From a virus, in IMG/VR virus record IMGVR_UViG_3300045988_170206, positions 32,001-96,000 of that record: a stretch of DNA of 64,000 nt, one strand, 5' to 3'. The translations under genes and the position numbers were made by a program. The notes under the pieces are model-generated. The model saw only the letters and a program-made list of their open reading frames with translations. It did not search any database and was not told the origin of the DNA. Shown here piece by piece: positions 45,661 through 54,550 of this stretch. The first letter of the stretch is position 1. Every line of letters starts with the position of its first letter.

Positions 45661-46464
45661 ATGCCGAACTTCTCATACGACACGCTCGCGAAACTCATGA
45701 AGCGAGCCATCGACACCAACCAGCTGGCCTCGAAACCGAACAGCCCCCAGGAGTTCCCCCAATTCGTCGCATCCTGGGCGGAACTCATCCTCCCCTGCGC
45801 CACAGACAAGAACCTCCAGGAAGCCTTCGCAGCAGTGGTCGGAGGCCAGTACGGCCCCTACAAGATCAGCGTGGCAGCACTCAACCAAGCTATCCGCGAA
45901 GCCCGCTCGAAGCGCGTGAGAGACTGGCTAGAGCGCTCGCGCATCGCCATTGACTTCCAGCCGCCCTACGAGCGGGAACTCCTCTACGAGAAGGTCTTCT
46001 ACGACTGCATCGCCGGCGGTGGCAGCGACACAGCAGCCGACCAATATGGCAGGCAGGCACTCGAGCGCGCCAACGAGTACTTCGCAACAAACAGCAAGAT
46101 CACCTGGCGCGACATCCTTGACCAGACAGAAGCGAGCCTGAAAGCAGGCTCATTCCGCCGCCCCGAACTCGCCCTCCCATCAAGCCGCACAAAGGACAAC
46201 TACCTCGTCTCCGCGCGCGACATCGTGACCATGATCCCCGAAGCGGGACAGAAGCGACAGCTGACAGCAGGCACCCAGACCGCCAGCAATGAGCCTGTGG
46301 AACGTCCTCGTGCCGTCCAGGCAGCTATCGAAGCAGCCCGACGCAAGATGAGCCTCCATGCAGCAGAAGAACGCCGCAAGCAGGAACGCCTGCGCCAGAA
46401 CCTTGACGGACGCTTCCAGCGCCTTACAGGCATCGACCCCACCACCATCGAACCACAACGATAA
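45661..46464 (+). CDS. Hypothetical protein (267 aa)
   Basis: Long ORF in the plus-strand operon. No motif recognised. Confidence 0.75.
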   Translation: MPNFSYDTLAKLMKRAIDTNQLASKPNSPQEFPQFVASWAELILPCATDKNLQEAFAAVVGGQYGPYKISVAALNQAIREARSKRVRDWLERSRIAIDFQPPYERELLYEKVFYDCIAGGGSDTAADQYGRQALERANEYFATNSKITWRDILDQTEASLKAGSFRRPELALPSSRTKDNYLVSARDIVTMIPEAGQKRQLTAGTQTASNEPVERPRAVQAAIEAARRKMSLHAAEERRKQERLRQNLDGRFQRLTGIDPTTIEPQR

Positions 46465-46477
46465 GAAATCGCACACC

Positions 46478-46873
46478 ATGAACTCCCAGATCGCCCTCCT
46501 CAACATCACCTTTGGAATGCTTGTATGCCTAGTGTGGCATCCCCTGCTCGCATCTCCCTCCTTGTGGAGGAAACGCAAGAATCTGAGCGAAGAACAACGC
46601 GCTAGACTGTATTTCACGCGAGCGCTGGCCATTATCGCCGTACTCGGTCTAGCCCACATGTTGAGTGTAGTAACCCTAGGGTGGTCATCTGCGCATGAGC
46701 TGCTGTCGGCTAAAAGCTACACGCTTCTCATTACTGCGGCGGGCATTTCCTCGTGCATTGTTGGATCATGGATGCTCCTAATTCAACGGAAGCGCGAAAC
46801 CCCCGAATATGACGGGCGATCCTTTATCGCCATTGGGCTGTTCATCCTCGTCACAAACTTCCTCATCTCCTGA
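46478..46873 (+). CDS. Small polytopic membrane protein (131 aa), lower GC than its neighbours
   Basis: MNSQIALLNITFGMLVCLVW..., about 4 hydrophobic segments. AT-richer codons by eye. Confidence 0.65.
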   Translation: MNSQIALLNITFGMLVCLVWHPLLASPSLWRKRKNLSEEQRARLYFTRALAIIAVLGLAHMLSVVTLGWSSAHELLSAKSYTLLITAAGISSCIVGSWMLLIQRKRETPEYDGRSFIAIGLFILVTNFLIS

Positions 46874-46894
46874 CACGCCCCCGGAAGGACCAAC

Positions 46895-47959
46895 ATGAAC
46901 ACCCAGGAAATCACGCTGGACCACAACAGCGACGACGGCCTCTACACGAAACTCCTACGAGGCCGCTACGTTACCAGCGTCGAAGGCAGCATCATCACTC
47001 TCGACGACGGGACAGAACTCCACATCTACGGCAACGAAGGATGCGGCGGCTGCTCGAGCGGCTGGTACTGGCTCGAAGAAACCTTCAAGCGCGGCAACCG
47101 CAAGGCCCGTATCATGAGCGCCTACGTAGCCTACAGTGAGGACAGGACAGAAGACGAACCTGCCAGATCCGTCTACACGATCTTCGTGCTGGTGGACGGC
47201 AACCCCACCCAGCTTCCCCTCGCGACCGTGCGGGGCACCGACGGCAACGGCTACTACGGCACCGGCTTCACGCTCACCGCCACCATCCAAAAGCCCCCGA
47301 CAGTGACCGCCACGGTCACGTCACGGGACATCATCAACGCGCTCGTGGACGGGCAAACACCCTCTGATGTCCCTGACATCCGCAACCGTGAAGACCTCCT
47401 CAACGCCGTCGTCTACACGCTCCAGCAGACGCGGGGCTTCGACTCTCCTCTGCGCATCACCGGGCCAGAGGCCCAGCTTTTCCGCAAGCTGGCCTCTATT
47501 CAGTACGGAGACCGCGGCCCCTACTATGTGGGCGCATGGTATGGCTTCCACCAAACACTCCTCCTCTGGTTTGCCGACATGGAGGGAGGCCTATCCCTCG
47601 TCCTGCGCGACTTATCCAACGGAGCGGAAGGCTACGTGGCGAAACTACGCGACTTTACAGAACGAGTGCGCGCCTCCAAGGAGCCTATCAAGACCTTCGT
47701 CACCGGCTACGACTTGAAAGGCGACACAGCCACCGTCAACGGAGTCCGAGTGCCGGCCACCGACTTCCTCCTCTCCGAAGTCTGCGGCTTCCACGGCAAT
47801 CGCATCGGCTACGAGAGCACTTACATCCATGATTGGATCTTCTTCCGCTACGGCGCGCGCATCATCAAGCACCGTGCAGGCGGACGCGGAGACGTTACAA
47901 TCACCTCAGACACCCAGAGCGTTTGGGCAGTAAACCCCCAGAAAGGCATCGCATCATGA
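46895..47959 (+). CDS. Hypothetical protein, member 1 of the GNEGCGxC family
   Basis: ITLDDGTELHIYGNEGCGGCSSGWY...ARIMSAYV...YTIFVLVDGNP..LPLATVRGTDGNGYYGTGF. C-terminal GDTATVNGVRVPA. Full-length paralog of 54551-55651. Confidence 0.8.
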   Translation: MNTQEITLDHNSDDGLYTKLLRGRYVTSVEGSIITLDDGTELHIYGNEGCGGCSSGWYWLEETFKRGNRKARIMSAYVAYSEDRTEDEPARSVYTIFVLVDGNPTQLPLATVRGTDGNGYYGTGFTLTATIQKPPTVTATVTSRDIINALVDGQTPSDVPDIRNREDLLNAVVYTLQQTRGFDSPLRITGPEAQLFRKLASIQYGDRGPYYVGAWYGFHQTLLLWFADMEGGLSLVLRDLSNGAEGYVAKLRDFTERVRASKEPIKTFVTGYDLKGDTATVNGVRVPATDFLLSEVCGFHGNRIGYESTYIHDWIFFRYGARIIKHRAGGRGDVTITSDTQSVWAVNPQKGIAS

Positions 47960-48489
47960 CCAAGAAGACCCGCAGCAAGCACCGCGGCGCGCCACGTCGA
48001 GGAACCCCCCTCCGTGGCCTTGCCCGACTCGTCCGCCCACTCACCGCCATCATTGGTGTCGCCAGCGGCATCATGGCATCGTTCGCACTCGCGGACATGA
48101 ACCGAGCCATCAGCATCAACGACGCTGTACTCGCCTCACACCCCCCGCAGGACGCGACAACCACGATCCCTAACCCGCTCCCCGAGGGCACCATCACCGC
48201 TCTCGTCTCCTCCCACGCCGGTAGTGCGGGCTACAGCTCCACCGCCGGAGTCCTCATCGAACCTATCTGGCTCTTCCACCCACGCATGAGCTTCATCCTG
48301 GCACTCATCGCAGTCCTCGCGCTCGCATCCTGGATCACCAAACACAGCAGATGGAACACCCTCCCCTTCGTCCGCAAGTTCCACATCGAGGCCCCCAAAC
48401 CTCGCTGGTGGTGGGAGTTCACCGGCTACGCCGAAGTCTTCCTCCTCGTCAGCCTCACCGCCACCGTGATCTACACGCTCGGCAGATAG
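47956..48489 (+). CDS. Membrane protein (177 aa, about 3 TMs)
   Basis: MTKKTRSKHRGAPRRG... ATGA overlap with the upstream stop. Confidence 0.7.
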   Translation: MTKKTRSKHRGAPRRGTPLRGLARLVRPLTAIIGVASGIMASFALADMNRAISINDAVLASHPPQDATTTIPNPLPEGTITALVSSHAGSAGYSSTAGVLIEPIWLFHPRMSFILALIAVLALASWITKHSRWNTLPFVRKFHIEAPKPRWWWEFTGYAEVFLLVSLTATVIYTLGR

Positions 48490-48502
48490 CACTCAGCACG
48501 AC

Positions 48503-48545
48503 AAAGCGGCCCGGCACCCCACCATGGGGAACGCCGGGCCGCTTT
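48503..48545. terminator. Bidirectional terminator hairpin between convergent genes
   Basis: AAAGCGGCCCGGC (48503-48515) pairs with GCCGGGCCGCTTT (48533-48545), 17-nt loop. A/T flanks on both sides. Confidence 0.65.
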
Positions 48546-48554
48546 CGTATGCGA

Positions 48555-49520
48555 TCAGTCGCCGATCAGGGAACCATCAGCACCGATACGCGCCGTGAGT
48601 TTGTAGGTGTAGCCCCACTTGTACTCCTTTTCCTTGTAGCCGAGGTCGTGAAGCAGCTGCATCCACGACTCGTAGCCGCCCTTGGTGAGAGCGTCACGGA
48701 AACGCTCCAGATCATCCTCTGCGAGCTCAGGCGAAACCTCAACACGCTCAACGCTTGGGAGGATGGGCTCTCGCTCACCAAACGCGCCCAGAACATACGG
48801 CTCCGCACTGTAGATGACTGTCACTTCATGCTCGCCGGAGTCGAGTCCAAACTCAGACAGACGCTCCTTCAACGTGAACCGCTCGCGAGGCTTCCAGCCC
48901 TCGCAACGGTCCAGGCGCTCGCTCAGGTCGCGCACGGCAGCAAGCATCGGACGCGACGCTGCGATGGTCAATGCAGCAAGCTCGAGCGGCACGATGAACC
49001 GATCATCTTCCTCTTCGGCGGGCTTGACGTACTCGAACTCTGCGCCACAGCAGTCAAAGCCGATAGGCGCACTGAATCGCCGCTCCTGCGTAGCATCAGG
49101 GGTCACGGGAACCCGCAGAACAGCAACAACCTCCTCGCCCTTGTTGTACTTGTCGTCAAAAGTCCACGTGAGGACCAGAACACCACCACGCAAGGCAGCT
49201 GAAACGCTGCGAAGAGGTCCAGCGGCAAACGTCACGTCAGACTCCTCGTTGAGATCTACCTCAAAGCACTGAGCGAAGGTCCGCGCAGCGCCCCTGTGAG
49301 AATCTGTTGCGATCAAGCAGTCCACAGCGATATGCGCATAGAGCCTAGGGTTCCCTGACTCAATAGCTCGTTCGACATCGTGCTTGAGGAAGTTCTCGAA
49401 CCAAGTCCGAGCCTTCGCGAAGTCAGGGTGCGCCTTCTCGTAGGCGATGTAGTACTCCTGCTGAGCGGTCTCGAACCTGTCGTGAGCTTCCTTGAGGCTG
49501 GCGGGGGTGTAGGTGGACAT
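48555..49520 (-). CDS. Hypothetical acidic protein (321 aa)
   Basis: Long minus-strand ORF with AGGAG 7 nt before the ATG. Confidence 0.75.
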   Translation of the reverse strand: MSTYTPASLKEAHDRFETAQQEYYIAYEKAHPDFAKARTWFENFLKHDVERAIESGNPRLYAHIAVDCLIATDSHRGAARTFAQCFEVDLNEESDVTFAAGPLRSVSAALRGGVLVLTWTFDDKYNKGEEVVAVLRVPVTPDATQERRFSAPIGFDCCGAEFEYVKPAEEEDDRFIVPLELAALTIAASRPMLAAVRDLSERLDRCEGWKPRERFTLKERLSEFGLDSGEHEVTVIYSAEPYVLGAFGEREPILPSVERVEVSPELAEDDLERFRDALTKGGYESWMQLLHDLGYKEKEYKWGYTYKLTARIGADGSLIGD

Positions 49521-49555
49521 TGCGGGGCTCCTGACGTTCTGGGTAGTAGGGGGTG

Positions 49556-49723
49556 TTAGCGGTGGTTGAGTCTCGAGCTTCGAGCTGTCACCCGTCGCCT
49601 GTCGGCTTTTGACGCGCGCCGCTTGGAGGAGGGTGCGTAGGTGAACATGAAGACGATGGCGGGGAGTGAACCCAGCACAGGGGCGAGCACTGCAATGAGG
49701 GCAATCGAGCTGGCAAGTGACAT
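49556..49723 (-). CDS. Small membrane protein (55 aa)
   Basis: MSLASSIALIAVLAPVLGSLPAIVFMF followed by a basic tail. AAGGGAGG 6 nt upstream of the ATG. Confidence 0.5.
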   Translation of the reverse strand: MSLASSIALIAVLAPVLGSLPAIVFMFTYAPSSKRRASKADRRRVTARSSRLNHR

Positions 49724-49808
49724 GTGGGGCCTCCCTTTCTCACATATCCACAGGAGTTGTGAACAAGACTGAGTGTAGCATCCCAAAATGGAGTACGCAA
49801 GTAGGGTA

Positions 49809-49827
49809 GTAGTCCAACATGGGGACG
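49809..49827 (+). promoter_or_regulatory. Additional copy of the GTAGTCCAA motif
   Basis: GTAGTCCAACATGGGGACG in the 49724-50277 intergenic region. Confidence 0.4.
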
Positions 49828-49857
49828 AGAGAAAGCCTCCCGCCCCTACGCGCGCAT

Positions 49858-50043
49858 CTATCGGCCAATCGCTGCCCGATCACCACCAACACGCTGCCGA
49901 CCAGGAGTTCCCACACCGCTCTGATAGCCGTCCACTTCGCCCCGGCTCACGCCGTTACGGTAGAGCGTCATCCGACTCTTGCTGACACGTTGGTTCGGGA
50001 ACGCCTCATTGATGCGACGCTCAGCACGCGAAGCCCTCCCCAT
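49858..50043 (-). CDS. Possible small HTH protein (61 aa)
   Basis: AAGGAG 9 nt before the ATG. ..NQRVSKSRMTLYRNGVS resembles a resolvase/Xis-type HTH. G/C third-position bias is weaker than in neighbouring genes. Confidence 0.25.
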   Translation of the reverse strand: MGRASRAERRINEAFPNQRVSKSRMTLYRNGVSRGEVDGYQSGVGTPGRQRVGGDRAAIGR

Positions 50044-50277
50044 GGCCACCAGCTCCTTCGACGTTCCCAATGCTCCATCTCTCACAGCTGCGCGAACTCG
50101 AGCGCAGACAGATACAGAGTAACAACGCACACAACAAGCAACCTGTAGCAGCAGGCCAATACACAGCCCCCTCCACGCCTTACGCCGCAGGAGTCTAAGT
50201 TGGATTACATGGCTTGCGCGACCGTCCAACCTAGACTACAGTCTAACCCAAGGAACTCAGAAAGAAAGAAGGCCGTC

Positions 50278-50748
50278 ATGCTCACCCGGAAAATAATCGC
50301 CATCGGTGCACGCTCCAACCTCGCCGAGGTAACTATCTTCGACAGCAATGAAGTTGTCGAATACCTCAAACAGCGCGACTGGTATCTCCCCAGTGAGTCC
50401 TTCATTAAGATCGCGCCAGACGAATACTGCCTGATCGATAATTTAGCAATCATGCCCGGCATGGATGTCGTTGATGAACAGCGTACCCGTGAGCGGATCG
50501 CAGCCAAAACCGCAGGGCTAAAAGAGTTGCAAAAACGTAAGCGCCATGCAGCTATCATGAGTATGATCCTCGCAGTAGGGATCGCAATGGTGCTCGCATA
50601 TCTGATGCTAAGTACAACTGAAAGTTGGGACCATATGACCACAAAAGAAAGCGTACTTACTTTCGTAATGGCATTTTTTACCTTCTTCCCTTTCGTTGGG
50701 ATCGGCGTCCTGGCAGTAATTGACTTGAAAGGAGGGTGTCATGACTGA
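50278..50748 (+). CDS. Membrane protein (156 aa: soluble N-domain and 2 C-terminal TMs), in the low-GC islet
   Basis: MLTRKIIAIG... TMs AIMSMILAVGIAMVLAYLML and LTFVMAFFTFFPFVGIGVLAVI. Confidence 0.65.
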   Translation: MLTRKIIAIGARSNLAEVTIFDSNEVVEYLKQRDWYLPSESFIKIAPDEYCLIDNLAIMPGMDVVDEQRTRERIAAKTAGLKELQKRKRHAAIMSMILAVGIAMVLAYLMLSTTESWDHMTTKESVLTFVMAFFTFFPFVGIGVLAVIDLKGGCHD

Positions 50749-51052
50749 GGAAGAAACACCCATGGAATGCTTGATTAAGTCTCTGGTGACGGTGGTTCAA
50801 GTCATCGTTATTGCTACCTTGCTCGGTGTGTTTTTCGGAGCGTCAGCTGTTTTCGCGTACAAGGGCACGCTCGTCGCGATTGACGAGTTTGGGTTCACGC
50901 CTGTATGTGTTGCAGCCTTCGTCACCTTCGGATTCCTGGCGGCTGCGGTTCAAGAATGGAAGGAGTCGAGGTGCAAGCAGAGCGACGCTCAACACTCGAG
51001 AGGCGAAGGCCCGGCAGAAAACGACAACCGCCCCACCAAGGATGAGAACTGA
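50741..51052 (+). CDS. Small membrane protein (103 aa, 2 TMs), in the low-GC islet
   Basis: 8-nt overlap with the upstream gene. TMs VTVVQVIVIATLLGVFFGASAVFAY and VCVAAFVTFGFLAAAV. Confidence 0.65.
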   Translation: MTEEETPMECLIKSLVTVVQVIVIATLLGVFFGASAVFAYKGTLVAIDEFGFTPVCVAAFVTFGFLAAAVQEWKESRCKQSDAQHSRGEGPAENDNRPTKDEN

Positions 51053-51053
51053 C

Positions 51054-51773
51054 ATGTACCTACAGACCGACCATACGTGCAGCATCGCCGACCTGTACGC
51101 CAGGCGAGACAGTATCGGCTTGTCCCGCAGTGAATGCAAACAGCCTCATCATCACCGCTCCCTGTTTGAGTGGGGGAGGGGTCAGCAAGCCTACTATCTG
51201 AACAATCTCACGCTGAACCTCTCTAGCCCTCCAGTTGTCTACATCTGGGAACCCTCAGACGGGTTTGGTAGGGGCGCTGTCCTGGATGGTCGCCAGCGCC
51301 TCAAAGCATTCTTCTCCTACCTCGATGGCAACTATCGGCGGAGAGAAATTGCCCCTAGTGAATGGGGTGGAAAAGACTTCATCCACCTAGTTGCAAAAGA
51401 CCCATCCCTCGCACAAATACTCCAACAAACCCCAATCCAGGTGGTCACCATCCAAGCTCCCTCCTACTGGGAAGCTGCCATCGCCACCTATCCCCAGATC
51501 TGCGGACACACTCGCGAAACCGTGTCGAATGAGCAGCAGATGCTCATGCACCATCTTGACGCGGGCGACAATATCTTCGGCAGCAGGGACTTCTGCGACC
51601 GAAAAGTAGCGAGCCTGAAAAAGAGCATCAATGGGATCGAGTTCCGCTACGCGGGGCTGCGAGTTCCAGTCCCCCAGCTTTCACCTCGCAACTGCTCAAA
51701 GATCGTAGAGTGGCAGATCAGGGCCACCGAGTTCGTCGCCAGACACCACCACAGAGGAGTCATCCCATGCTGA
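51054..51773 (+). CDS. DUF262-like (ParB/Srx-fold, GmrSD N-domain type) protein
   Basis: ..VVYIWEPSDGFGRGAVLDGRQRLKAFFSYLDGNY matches the DGQQR core. Start MYLQTDH 2 nt after the upstream stop. Confidence 0.55.
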   Translation: MYLQTDHTCSIADLYARRDSIGLSRSECKQPHHHRSLFEWGRGQQAYYLNNLTLNLSSPPVVYIWEPSDGFGRGAVLDGRQRLKAFFSYLDGNYRRREIAPSEWGGKDFIHLVAKDPSLAQILQQTPIQVVTIQAPSYWEAAIATYPQICGHTRETVSNEQQMLMHHLDAGDNIFGSRDFCDRKVASLKKSINGIEFRYAGLRVPVPQLSPRNCSKIVEWQIRATEFVARHHHRGVIPC

Positions 51774-52309
51774 GCACATTCATTATCCCTGACCCGGCAA
51801 CTGTCCCCGATGACTACGACCTTCCGACAGAGCTCACCGTCCGCGGCCTCCCTACCCGCTGGATCGGTGAGTTCTGCGAGCACACCGGAAACGATGTCCG
51901 CATCGCCTTCTACGACCAGGCCTACGGGTACGACACCGAGGAAGACGGCGGCGACGCGCTCGTATGGAACCCCAACACTCACGAGGTCTGGTACCTGTCC
52001 AGAGGCGACGTAGAAGCCATACAGCGCACCACCCCCGGCACGCCGTTCGCGCACTTAGGCTACTCGTACTACGTCCTCACCGAGGACATGAACCATGACT
52101 TCGACGTGCTCCAGCGTGAAGGGCTCAACTGCCAGATCTGCGCCAGCCACCTCGACGGAACCGACATGGAACCAGCCATCGACATCCTGGACCTTTACGG
52201 CGACTTCGGCAATCTCGCCTACCCCGGCGACATGATCGTCTACACCAGCGGAGTACTCTACGAAACGATCCCCGAGGAGGTGGTCAAAGCCGTCAGGTCC
52301 ACGTCCTGA
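51767..52309 (+). CDS. Hypothetical acidic protein (180 aa)
   Basis: MLSTFIIPDP... Start overlaps the upstream gene by 7 nt. Confidence 0.7.
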   Translation: MLSTFIIPDPATVPDDYDLPTELTVRGLPTRWIGEFCEHTGNDVRIAFYDQAYGYDTEEDGGDALVWNPNTHEVWYLSRGDVEAIQRTTPGTPFAHLGYSYYVLTEDMNHDFDVLQREGLNCQICASHLDGTDMEPAIDILDLYGDFGNLAYPGDMIVYTSGVLYETIPEEVVKAVRSTS

Positions 52310-52419
52310 CCTCCTCATGTATGAAGCGCTCCTCCCCACTGACCACCAGGGGAGGGGTGCTTCCATATGTGGAGGGTTATCGAAAGTGGGCACCCATTAT
52401 GGACTTGCGCCAACTTGCA

Positions 52420-52438
52420 GTAGTCCAATATGGGATAT
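52420..52438 (+). promoter_or_regulatory. GTAGTCCAA motif copy lying in the spacer of a putative promoter
   Basis: TTGCAG (52415-52420), 17 nt containing GTAGTCCAATATGGGA, then TAGGCT (52438-52443), 24 nt before the 52468 ATG, with a GAAAGGAG RBS in between. Confidence 0.4.
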
Positions 52439-52467
52439 AGGCTGAGGGGCAGAAAGGAGTCCCCTCT

Positions 52468-52995
52468 ATGGCCGCACGTAAGGCGATTCTTGCCCTCGAC
52501 TTCGACGAGGTGTTCATCCTCGCTCCCGGCACCCCAACCGCGAAAGGGGCATACTCAGATCGTGCCCGCACTCTGGTCACGGTCAAGCTCGACAGCGGAC
52601 TCGTGGGCACGGGGGATGTCTGGTACTCGCCCCGCATGATCGAAGCCCTCAACGTCATCGTCAGCGACTCAGACAAGATTCTCCTCGCCTCATCGTGGGG
52701 CAAAGCGAGCATGAAAGCAGTGAAGGCCGTGGGCCTGCACCTCCCGCGTCGAAAGACCGTCAACCTGTTCCCATACCTCACGCCGGGCACCATCAGCCAG
52801 GAGCGCAAGCTCCGCCGTGCCCACGACCTCATCCTCGACCACCTCACCGACACAGACACCCGCATCGCATGGGTGGACGACCAGCACCCCCGAGGCTACG
52901 GGCAGGTAGACGGTATCAACACTATCGGCACCGACCCCATCACCGGCTTAACCCGAGCTGACCTCGCGCACATCCGCGACGTGCTCTTCTACTGA
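52468..52995 (+). CDS. HAD-superfamily-like phosphatase
   Basis: Motif I LALDFDEV, LASSWG, C-terminal IAWVDDQ. Weak call made by eye. Confidence 0.45.
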   Translation: MAARKAILALDFDEVFILAPGTPTAKGAYSDRARTLVTVKLDSGLVGTGDVWYSPRMIEALNVIVSDSDKILLASSWGKASMKAVKAVGLHLPRRKTVNLFPYLTPGTISQERKLRRAHDLILDHLTDTDTRIAWVDDQHPRGYGQVDGINTIGTDPITGLTRADLAHIRDVLFY

Positions 52996-53007
52996 AAGGA
53001 ACCACCC

Positions 53008-53727
53008 ATGCCATTGACGCTCAAGTGGGCGAACGGCACCTGCACGGGCGACCTCACGCAGGTCGCGAGCCTCGTTACGGCCATCACCCAGAAGAAGCCC
53101 TGGACACAGACGACACGCAAGCCTGGTGGGCTCATCGTGTGGCAGAAGTGGGACGAGTCGGAGCAACTAATGTCAGTGGGTGACCCCACCATCGCTGACG
53201 ACCTCGCCGACCTCCTCGCCGACCACCTGGGAGTCCCCCAGGACGAGGTGACCATCAAGCCTGACCCGCGTGACTCGTCGCAGCTGACCGCCAGCGAACT
53301 ACGCGCTCGACGACTCCGCGCCCACCTCAGCAAGGCCGATCTCGCTGAGATGTGTGGTGTCAATGCGTACACGGTGCGCAACTGGGAGCAAGGCGTGCGC
53401 ACCGTCATCCCCACCCGACTCCTGCGCGTTTTCCAGCGCCTCGACTCCTACAGGGAGGAAGCCCATACAACAGTCCACGCCGAAGCAGTGCGCCTCGCCG
53501 GAAACGAGGACGCGCTCACGCAGACTGACTTCACCGGCTACGCCGTCTACGCGCCCAACGACCACGCATACGCAACCCTCTGGCCGGACGCTGTAATCAA
53601 CGCCGACATGTGGCGTGATGTCATCATCGAGTGCGGGCGCTTCCGCACCGTTGCAAGCGACTACGAGGCAAGACTCATGGGCCTTAAGCTCATGACCATC
53701 GAACCACCACGAAAGGGCAAGCCATGA
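53008..53727 (+). CDS. XRE-family HTH protein with extra N- and C-terminal domains
   Basis: LRARRLRAHLSKADLAEMCGVNAYTVRNWEQGVRTV. Confidence 0.7.
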   Translation: MPLTLKWANGTCTGDLTQVASLVTAITQKKPWTQTTRKPGGLIVWQKWDESEQLMSVGDPTIADDLADLLADHLGVPQDEVTIKPDPRDSSQLTASELRARRLRAHLSKADLAEMCGVNAYTVRNWEQGVRTVIPTRLLRVFQRLDSYREEAHTTVHAEAVRLAGNEDALTQTDFTGYAVYAPNDHAYATLWPDAVINADMWRDVIIECGRFRTVASDYEARLMGLKLMTIEPPRKGKP

Positions 53728-54539
53728 GAATCGCGCCAGCGCCACAACAACCAGAGCGGCCCACCCTCGAGACCGCCTGGGTCGAAGACGAGAGCGCCCC
53801 TGCGCCATCGCGTAAGCGCGCCATCATCGTCATCCTCATCGCCGTTGTCGCTCTCATCGCGTCAGGTGTCGCAGCATGGGTGTGGAGCACCCCCCAGCCG
53901 CAAACACCCGCACCCCAGCCTGCGGCTACACAGACGGCACGCGCGTACACGGCCAGCGACTACGAGGAAAACCGCGCAATCTGCCGAGAGATGTACGAGA
54001 CCCGCGACCTCCAGCTCTACTGGTCATGCGTCGTCGGCGACATCCGCCTCGGACAGGAAACAGACCCAGCGGTCCCGCTCACGGATCTGCCACCCGTCCG
54101 CCTAGCACCAAAGGCCAGCCTCGGAGGCCAAACCGACATCGCCTTCGCGCCCGACGCAACCGCGCGATGCTACGCCACCGGCTACTGCCTCACCGACGCA
54201 ACCTTCAACGCGGGCCACACCAACGTCAAGGTCATGTTCACGCGAGGCGACGGCGACATCATGGGCATCTTCGTCCCCACAACAGACGCGTCCACCGTCA
54301 TGACGCAAGAAGTCCTTGCACCCTACATGCCCACCGGAGCCGCCCCGGACCCCACCGTCCACCAGGCGACCCTCAGCCGCATCCACATGGGAGCCGACAC
54401 CCTCGTCGGCTACGTGTTCTCACAGCCCCGCTACTGCGGCGACACGCCCGACGAGTGCTCCGCAAAGTACACGGCCCGCACACCCATCCCCTTCACGGGC
54501 ACCACACACATCACCACCCAAGCCGAAGCCCAGAACTGA
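53724..54539 (+). CDS. Single-pass membrane-anchored extracytoplasmic protein (271 aa)
   Basis: ATGA overlap with the upstream gene. TM AIIVILIAVVALIASGVAAWVW. Confidence 0.7.
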   Translation: MRIAPAPQQPERPTLETAWVEDESAPAPSRKRAIIVILIAVVALIASGVAAWVWSTPQPQTPAPQPAATQTARAYTASDYEENRAICREMYETRDLQLYWSCVVGDIRLGQETDPAVPLTDLPPVRLAPKASLGGQTDIAFAPDATARCYATGYCLTDATFNAGHTNVKVMFTRGDGDIMGIFVPTTDASTVMTQEVLAPYMPTGAAPDPTVHQATLSRIHMGADTLVGYVFSQPRYCGDTPDECSAKYTARTPIPFTGTTHITTQAEAQN

Positions 54540-54550
54540 GAGAGTCCGTC

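Noticed and set aside
49819-50148. 109-aa plus-strand ORF and the full 123-aa minus-strand ORF (49858-50229) in the 49.7-50.3 kb gap
   Set aside because: The products are low-complexity (Cys/Arg/Ser/Thr-rich) with poor third-position bias. Only the C-terminal 61 codons of the minus ORF, which have an AAGGAG, were kept as a low-confidence feature.
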